A DNA stretch of 64,000 nucleotides, from positions 70,990-134,989 of the forward strand of contig CANPMT010000001.1 in the NCBI GenBank assembly GCA_947575235.1, written 5' to 3'. Below are positions 59,164-64,000 of the stretch, piece by piece. This stretch comes from an uncultured Porphyromonadaceae bacterium. Lineage in GTDB: Bacteria; Bacteroidota; Bacteroidia; Bacteroidales; Muribaculaceae. The translations under genes were made by a program, and so were the position numbers. Each line of letters begins with the position of its first letter. The first letter of the stretch is position 1. A model generated the notes under the pieces. That model made no database searches, was not told where the DNA came from, and was given only the letters and a program-made list of their open reading frames with translations.

Positions 59164-61599
59164 ATGAAATATCTGATAATAGGCGGAGTGGCCGGCGGAG
59201 CCACAGCCGCGGCAAGAATAAGACGACTGACTGAAGAGGCGGAGATAATCCTTTTTGAGAAAGGGGGTTACATCTCGTATGCCAACTGCGGACTCCCCTA
59301 CTACATCGGCGGAGTAATAGAGGAGCGCGACAAGCTGCTCGTGCAGACACCGCAGGGTTTCGGAAAGAGATTTAACGTTGACGTAAGGGTGCAGTCGGAG
59401 GTCACAGCTATCGACACAAAGAACCGTACCGTCACCGTGAAAGGGCCTGACGGCGCCACCTATACCGAAAGCTATGACCGTCTGCTTCTCTCGCCGGGAG
59501 CCTCACCTGTGCGTCCTCCGCTGCCGGGAATCGACCTCGAGGGGATATACACCCTGCGCAACGTGGAGGATACAGATATCATAAAGGCGCGTGTCGCCAC
59601 AGGCAAAATCCGTAAGGCCGTGATTGTGGGGGGAGGATTCATCGGTCTGGAGATGGCGGAGAATCTCGCGCATGCCGGTGCGGAGGTGGCTGTTGTGGAG
59701 ATGGCGCCTCAGGTTATGGCTCCGGTTGATTTCTCGATGGCCCAGATTGTGCATTCCCATCTGGCGGAGAAGGGGGTGAGACTATATCTTGAGACTGCCG
59801 TGGAATCATTCTCCCAAAACGGCGATGAGATCGAGATCCATTTCAAGGATGGAAGAAAGATAGCCGCCGACATGGTGATTCTCTCAATAGGTGTGCGTCC
59901 CAACACAGGGCTGGCTACAGATGCAGGTCTCGAAATCGGACCTATGCGCGGCATAAAGGTCAACGACTATCTGCGCACCTCTGACGAGAATATCTATGCG
60001 GTCGGCGACGCCATAGAGTTCACCCACCCCATCACCGGGAAGACATGGCTGAATTATCTGGCCGGCCCCGCCAACCGTCAGGCGCGTATCGTGGCCGACA
60101 ACATGGTGCTCGGCGACACCACAAAATATGAGGGTGCCATAGGCACTTCAATCGCCAAGGTGTTTGACCTGACTGTGGCTGCCACAGGAATGGCCGCGAA
60201 GCGGCTTAAGAGCGAGGGTATCGATTATCTCACCGCCACCATCCACCCCGCCTCTCATGCCGGTTATTACCCAGATGCCCTCCCTATGACAATCAAAGTG
60301 GTGTTCTCGCCTGCCGACGGCCGTTTGCTCGGTGCCCAGATTGTGGGGTATGACGGTGTGGACAAGCGTATTGATGAGATTGCGAGTGTGATAAAGCAGG
60401 GTGGTACGGTGCATGACCTTACACGAATTGAGCAGGCATATGCCCCACCCTACTCCTCAGCCAAGGATCCGGTGGCTATCGCGGGTTATGTGGCCCAGAA
60501 CATCCTGTCAGGGAAGATGAACCCGATATATTGGCGTGAACTCCGTGATGCCAAGGTGGGTGATTTCCTGCTCGTGGATGTGCGCACCCCGATGGAGTTT
60601 GCAGCCGGAGCCATACCGGGAGCCATCAATCTCCCTGTGGACACGCTGCGCGAGCACCTCGACAAATTGCCGAAAGATAAACTAATCGTGCTTTATTGCG
60701 GTGTGGGATTGCGTGGCTATCTGGCCTCGAACATACTCAAGCTCAACGGCTTCAGCAATGTCCGCAATCTTGTGGGTGGTATAAAGACCTATCGGAGCGC
60801 CACGGCCCCGTTGCCGGCACCCAAGCCGTTTACCGCCGTGAATGAGAGCGTGGTAAAATGTGAGGAGAGAAAGGGGGCTTCAGTAAAGATTGATGCCTGT
60901 GGCCTCTCCTGCCCCGGACCAATCATGAAACTGAAGGAGGGTGTGGATAAGATGAATCCCGGAGAGTCGCTCGAGATTACGGCCACCGATCCCGGATTTG
61001 CCCGCGATGCCGAGGCATGGTGCCGCTCCACAGGTAATAATTTTATCTCCTGCGAGTCAGGGAAGGGTAAATACCGCATAATGGTGGAACGTGGTTTCCC
61101 CGGTGCTTCAGAAGGGAAGGTTGAACGTGGCCGTGGAAAGACCTTCGTGCTCTTCAGCGATGACCTCGACAAGACTCTGGCCACTTTTGTCCTTGCCAAC
61201 GGAGCGGCAGCTACGGGTGAGAAGGTTACGATATTCTTCACTTTCTGGGGACTGAATGCGATAAAGAAATCGGTGAAACCGAAGGTGAACAAAGATATTT
61301 TCGGAAAGATGTTCTCATTCATGCTCCCCTCTGATTCAAAGAAGCTCAAGCTCTCTAAAATGAATATGGGTGGCATGGGGAGCAAGATGATGCGCTACAT
61401 AATGAAGCACAAGAACATCGACTCCCTGGAGCAGCTGCGCGATGCAGCCGTCAGCAACGGCGTGGAGTTCATTGCCTGCCAGATGTCGATGGATGTGATG
61501 GGAATCCAGCGCGAGGAACTTCTCGACAACGTCACCATAGGCGGAGTGGCAACCTACATGAACCGCACCGACGACGCCAACCTCAACCTCTTTATCTAA
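59164..61599 (+). CDS. CoA-disulfide/persulfide reductase-rhodanese-TusA-DsrE fusion protein
   Basis: GGVAGG, SYANCGLPY, GGGFIGLE, YAPPYSS; rhodanese DVR..YCGVGLRG; TusA DACGLSCPGP; DsrE FFTFWG..ACQMSMDVMG. Confidence 0.92.
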   Translation: MKYLIIGGVAGGATAAARIRRLTEEAEIILFEKGGYISYANCGLPYYIGGVIEERDKLLVQTPQGFGKRFNVDVRVQSEVTAIDTKNRTVTVKGPDGATYTESYDRLLLSPGASPVRPPLPGIDLEGIYTLRNVEDTDIIKARVATGKIRKAVIVGGGFIGLEMAENLAHAGAEVAVVEMAPQVMAPVDFSMAQIVHSHLAEKGVRLYLETAVESFSQNGDEIEIHFKDGRKIAADMVILSIGVRPNTGLATDAGLEIGPMRGIKVNDYLRTSDENIYAVGDAIEFTHPITGKTWLNYLAGPANRQARIVADNMVLGDTTKYEGAIGTSIAKVFDLTVAATGMAAKRLKSEGIDYLTATIHPASHAGYYPDALPMTIKVVFSPADGRLLGAQIVGYDGVDKRIDEIASVIKQGGTVHDLTRIEQAYAPPYSSAKDPVAIAGYVAQNILSGKMNPIYWRELRDAKVGDFLLVDVRTPMEFAAGAIPGAINLPVDTLREHLDKLPKDKLIVLYCGVGLRGYLASNILKLNGFSNVRNLVGGIKTYRSATAPLPAPKPFTAVNESVVKCEERKGASVKIDACGLSCPGPIMKLKEGVDKMNPGESLEITATDPGFARDAEAWCRSTGNNFISCESGKGKYRIMVERGFPGASEGKVERGRGKTFVLFSDDLDKTLATFVLANGAAATGEKVTIFFTFWGLNAIKKSVKPKVNKDIFGKMFSFMLPSDSKKLKLSKMNMGGMGSKMMRYIMKHKNIDSLEQLRDAAVSNGVEFIACQMSMDVMGIQREELLDNVTIGGVATYMNRTDDANLNLFI

Positions 61600-61604
61600 A
61601 TAGC

Positions 61605-61635
61605 AAAGCGGATCCGGAATTCCGGGTCCGCTTTT
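61605..61635. terminator. Bidirectional terminator
   Basis: aaagcggatccgga-at-tccgggtccgcttt between convergent genes. Confidence 0.85.
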
Positions 61636-61656
61636 GTCATAGCCTGCAAAAGAGGG

Positions 61657-62859
61657 TCACTTCTTCAGATTCGGCAGGAACACTGTGATGAGACCGAGCA
61701 GAGGCATGTAGGCGCATACGTTGTAGACGGCGTCTATGCCGTAATGGTCGGCAAAATATCCGAGTATGGCAGCCGCTATGCCGGCCACACCGAAGGCAAA
61801 TCCGAAGAAGAGGCCCGATACGAGTCCGAGTTTGTTGGGAAGCAATTCCTGGGCATAGAGCAGGATGGCGGGGAAGGCCGAGGAGAGCATGAAGCCCACG
61901 CAGAAGCTCATCACGATTGTGAGCGCCAGTCCGCAGTGAGGCATGACAAGGCTGAAGGGTGCCGCTCCGAGAATCGAGGCCCAGATTACAGGTTTTCGTC
62001 CGTAGCGGTCGCCTACCGGGCCTCCGACGAGTGTGCCGATGGCTGTGGCTGCCAGAAATACGAAGAGGTAGATCTGTGAGGCTTTGATGCTCACGCCGAA
62101 ATGGTCAATGAGATAGAAGGTGTAATAGTTGGTCAGCGACGCCATGTAGATATATTTCGAGAATATCAGCACCATTATCACCCCTATGGCCATGAGTGTG
62201 CGCCGTGTTGAGAGTGGACGCGGAATGTGGACTGCGCGTGTGACGGCTTCGGTGCGTTTTGTGGCCAGATGATGTGAATACCAGCGGCATATGGTGCGCA
62301 TAGCCATGAAGGCCATGGTCGAGACTATGAGGAACCAGGCGATGTAACGGCGTCCGTTGGGGGCCACGATGAAGGCAACAAGCAACGGACCGACCGAGCT
62401 GCCGAAGTTACCACCTACCTGAAAGATTGACTGCGCGAAACCTCTGCGTCCATGACTGGCCAGCGAGGTTATGCGCGATGCCTCTGGATGCAGCGTTGAT
62501 GAACCCATGCCGACGAGAAAGACAGCCACAAGCACGGTGGCCATCGACATGGAGAAGGCGAAAAGTATTATACCGAGCGAGGAGAATATCATACCCATGG
62601 GGAGACTCCCCACAAATGGGCGTTTGTCGAAAATCAGACCCACCACCGGCTGGAATACGGAGGCGGATATCTGATAGACAAGTGTGATGATGCCTATCTG
62701 ACCGAATGTAAGGCCGAGGTCATCCTTCAGCATGGGATACACGGCCGACACTACCGACTGCAGAAGGTCGTTGAAACAATGCACGGCACACAGGGCCATC
62801 AGCACCGGGAATGTGGCTTCCTTAGAGATTGATTTCAGTTTGAAAAGGAGTGTTGACAT
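61657..62859 (-). CDS. fsr: Fsr-like (fosmidomycin resistance family) MFS transporter
   Basis: H..NDLLQS, QPVVG, HPEASR, RRGFAQSIFQVGGNFG, GDRYGRK, YAQELLP; -7 box at 62903-62910 (minus). Confidence 0.85.
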   Translation of the reverse strand: MSTLLFKLKSISKEATFPVLMALCAVHCFNDLLQSVVSAVYPMLKDDLGLTFGQIGIITLVYQISASVFQPVVGLIFDKRPFVGSLPMGMIFSSLGIILFAFSMSMATVLVAVFLVGMGSSTLHPEASRITSLASHGRRGFAQSIFQVGGNFGSSVGPLLVAFIVAPNGRRYIAWFLIVSTMAFMAMRTICRWYSHHLATKRTEAVTRAVHIPRPLSTRRTLMAIGVIMVLIFSKYIYMASLTNYYTFYLIDHFGVSIKASQIYLFVFLAATAIGTLVGGPVGDRYGRKPVIWASILGAAPFSLVMPHCGLALTIVMSFCVGFMLSSAFPAILLYAQELLPNKLGLVSGLFFGFAFGVAGIAAAILGYFADHYGIDAVYNVCAYMPLLGLITVFLPNLKK

Positions 62860-62954
62860 ATTTTTTGCTCTGATTTTATCCTGTCATCTTTGAATCAAGC
62901 TGCAAAGTTAGTATTTCAATTTTACATTTCAGGCTATATTGATGATAAAAGGGG

Positions 62955-62993
62955 GTGGCTGCCACGAAATGACATAATAAATTATTACCTTTG
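62955..62993 (+). promoter_or_regulatory. Promoter of the WYL gene with dyad motif
   Basis: gtggc-t-gccac and TGCCA-N5-TGACA at 62955-62974, upstream of TACCTTTG at 62986-62993. Confidence 0.5.
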
Positions 62994-63013
62994 CGTACTA
63001 AACACTTTTGAAT

Positions 63014-63928
63014 ATGGCTACATCTGTCAGACTCATCAGACGTTATGTATGGCTTGCCGACACTGTAAGGAGTGCCGGTCGGGTCACTCTATCAGAAATA
63101 AATGCGAGGTGGCGCAACAGCAACCTCAACGACATGGGGGAAGATGAGATTCCGGAACGCACGTTTCATCGTCACCGTGAGGCAATCCTGGACCTCTTCG
63201 GGATTGAGATAGTTTGCGACCGTGTGACCAATGAATATCATATCGCGAATCCTGGTGAGGAGATGGAGTCTGGGATAGCTTCCAGATTATTCAACGTTCT
63301 GGCAATTGACAACCGGATTTCCGGGAATCGTGATATAGAGAGACGGATACTTTTTGAGAAGGCTCCCGGAGGGGAGCAACATCTTGGTGTCATCATCGAG
63401 GGGATCTCGCAGAAACGTCGGATGAGGGTCCGGTACAGGAAATTCTCAGCATCCACTCCCCGTGAGATGGAGATTGCCCCATACGGTATACGCCAATGGC
63501 GGCAACGGTGGTATCTGCTTGGCTTGTTTGAGGGTTGCGGACGGCTCACTCCCTTCGGGCTTGACCGAATTTTGGATATCGAGCTGCTGGGGGATGAATT
63601 TGAGTTTTCGGATGAGATTGATATCTGTGATTATTTCTCCGACGTGATCGGTACGAATCTTGACCCGGACTATGATTGTGAGTCGGTGGTGGTGCGTATC
63701 TATGGTCTCCAGCGCAATTACATCGACACGGTTCCGCTTCATCATTCGCAACAAAAAATTAAGGAGACACCGGAATATTCCGACTATGAATTCAGGTTAC
63801 GCCCTGAATGGGAATTCCAGCATGAGCTACTCCGTCTTGGTCCGGATGCGGAGGTCCTCTCCCCGGAGTGGCTGCGCAGCGAACTGCGCAGCCTCACCGA
63901 GCAGACTCTTGACCGATATAAAACTTAG
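63014..63928 (+). CDS. WYL-domain transcriptional regulator (HTH-WYL-WCX)
   Basis: RYVWL..ERTFHRHR HTH; PY..RWYL; GLDRI; PLHHSQ; EVLSPEWLR. Confidence 0.93.
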   Translation: MATSVRLIRRYVWLADTVRSAGRVTLSEINARWRNSNLNDMGEDEIPERTFHRHREAILDLFGIEIVCDRVTNEYHIANPGEEMESGIASRLFNVLAIDNRISGNRDIERRILFEKAPGGEQHLGVIIEGISQKRRMRVRYRKFSASTPREMEIAPYGIRQWRQRWYLLGLFEGCGRLTPFGLDRILDIELLGDEFEFSDEIDICDYFSDVIGTNLDPDYDCESVVVRIYGLQRNYIDTVPLHHSQQKIKETPEYSDYEFRLRPEWEFQHELLRLGPDAEVLSPEWLRSELRSLTEQTLDRYKT

Positions 63929-63965
63929 AATTGTTTAACCGTCCAAATCGCTTTTAGGAATCATT

Positions 63966-64000
63966 CTATTTTCCGGTGCCGAAGCGGGAGGTGTCGATGT
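63966..64000 (-). CDS. Possible 3' end of a convergent gene entering from beyond the window
   Basis: Minus frame reads IDTSRFGTGK-stop with host-like codons; too short to identify. Confidence 0.35.
   Translation of the reverse strand, partial: IDTSRFGTGK

Noticed and set aside
58286-59167. 293-aa plus-strand ORF
   Set aside because: Antisense shadow of the OxyR-like gene.

Overview
A 64-kb chromosomal window from a Bacteroidales genome, probably Muribaculaceae-like (inferred from TAnnTTTG -7 promoter boxes, T9SS-type C-terminal domains and the Bacteroides-type ara operon). It holds about 40 genes: housekeeping (leuS, truncated by the window edge; panB, tyrA, purC, tex), an L-arabinose operon with a NUDIX-type AraR and its palindromic operator, a GH127/GH35/GH97/GH43 cluster, an orphan SusA-like GH13, copA, several MFS transporters, three T9SS cargo genes, an E. 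coli HdhA-like 7-alpha-hydroxysteroid dehydrogenase, an AT-rich M43 metalloprotease insertion, an OxyR-like regulator divergent from a CoA-disulfide reductase-rhodanese-TusA-DsrE fusion, and a WYL regulator. I found no rRNA, tRNA, CRISPR array or transposase. The best candidate for an undescribed system is 3991-9529. There a soluble phosphatidylserine-decarboxylase-fold (PsiD-like, pyruvoyl) enzyme heads a GadC-like antiporter, an MFS transporter and a DcaP-like porin, and it shares an AAC-N17-GTT upstream motif with a nearby K+ channel gene. This is the layout of an amino-acid decarboxylase/antiporter (acid-resistance or biogenic-amine) module built on an unexpected enzyme fold. All family calls come from motif recognition by eye; no database searches were run.
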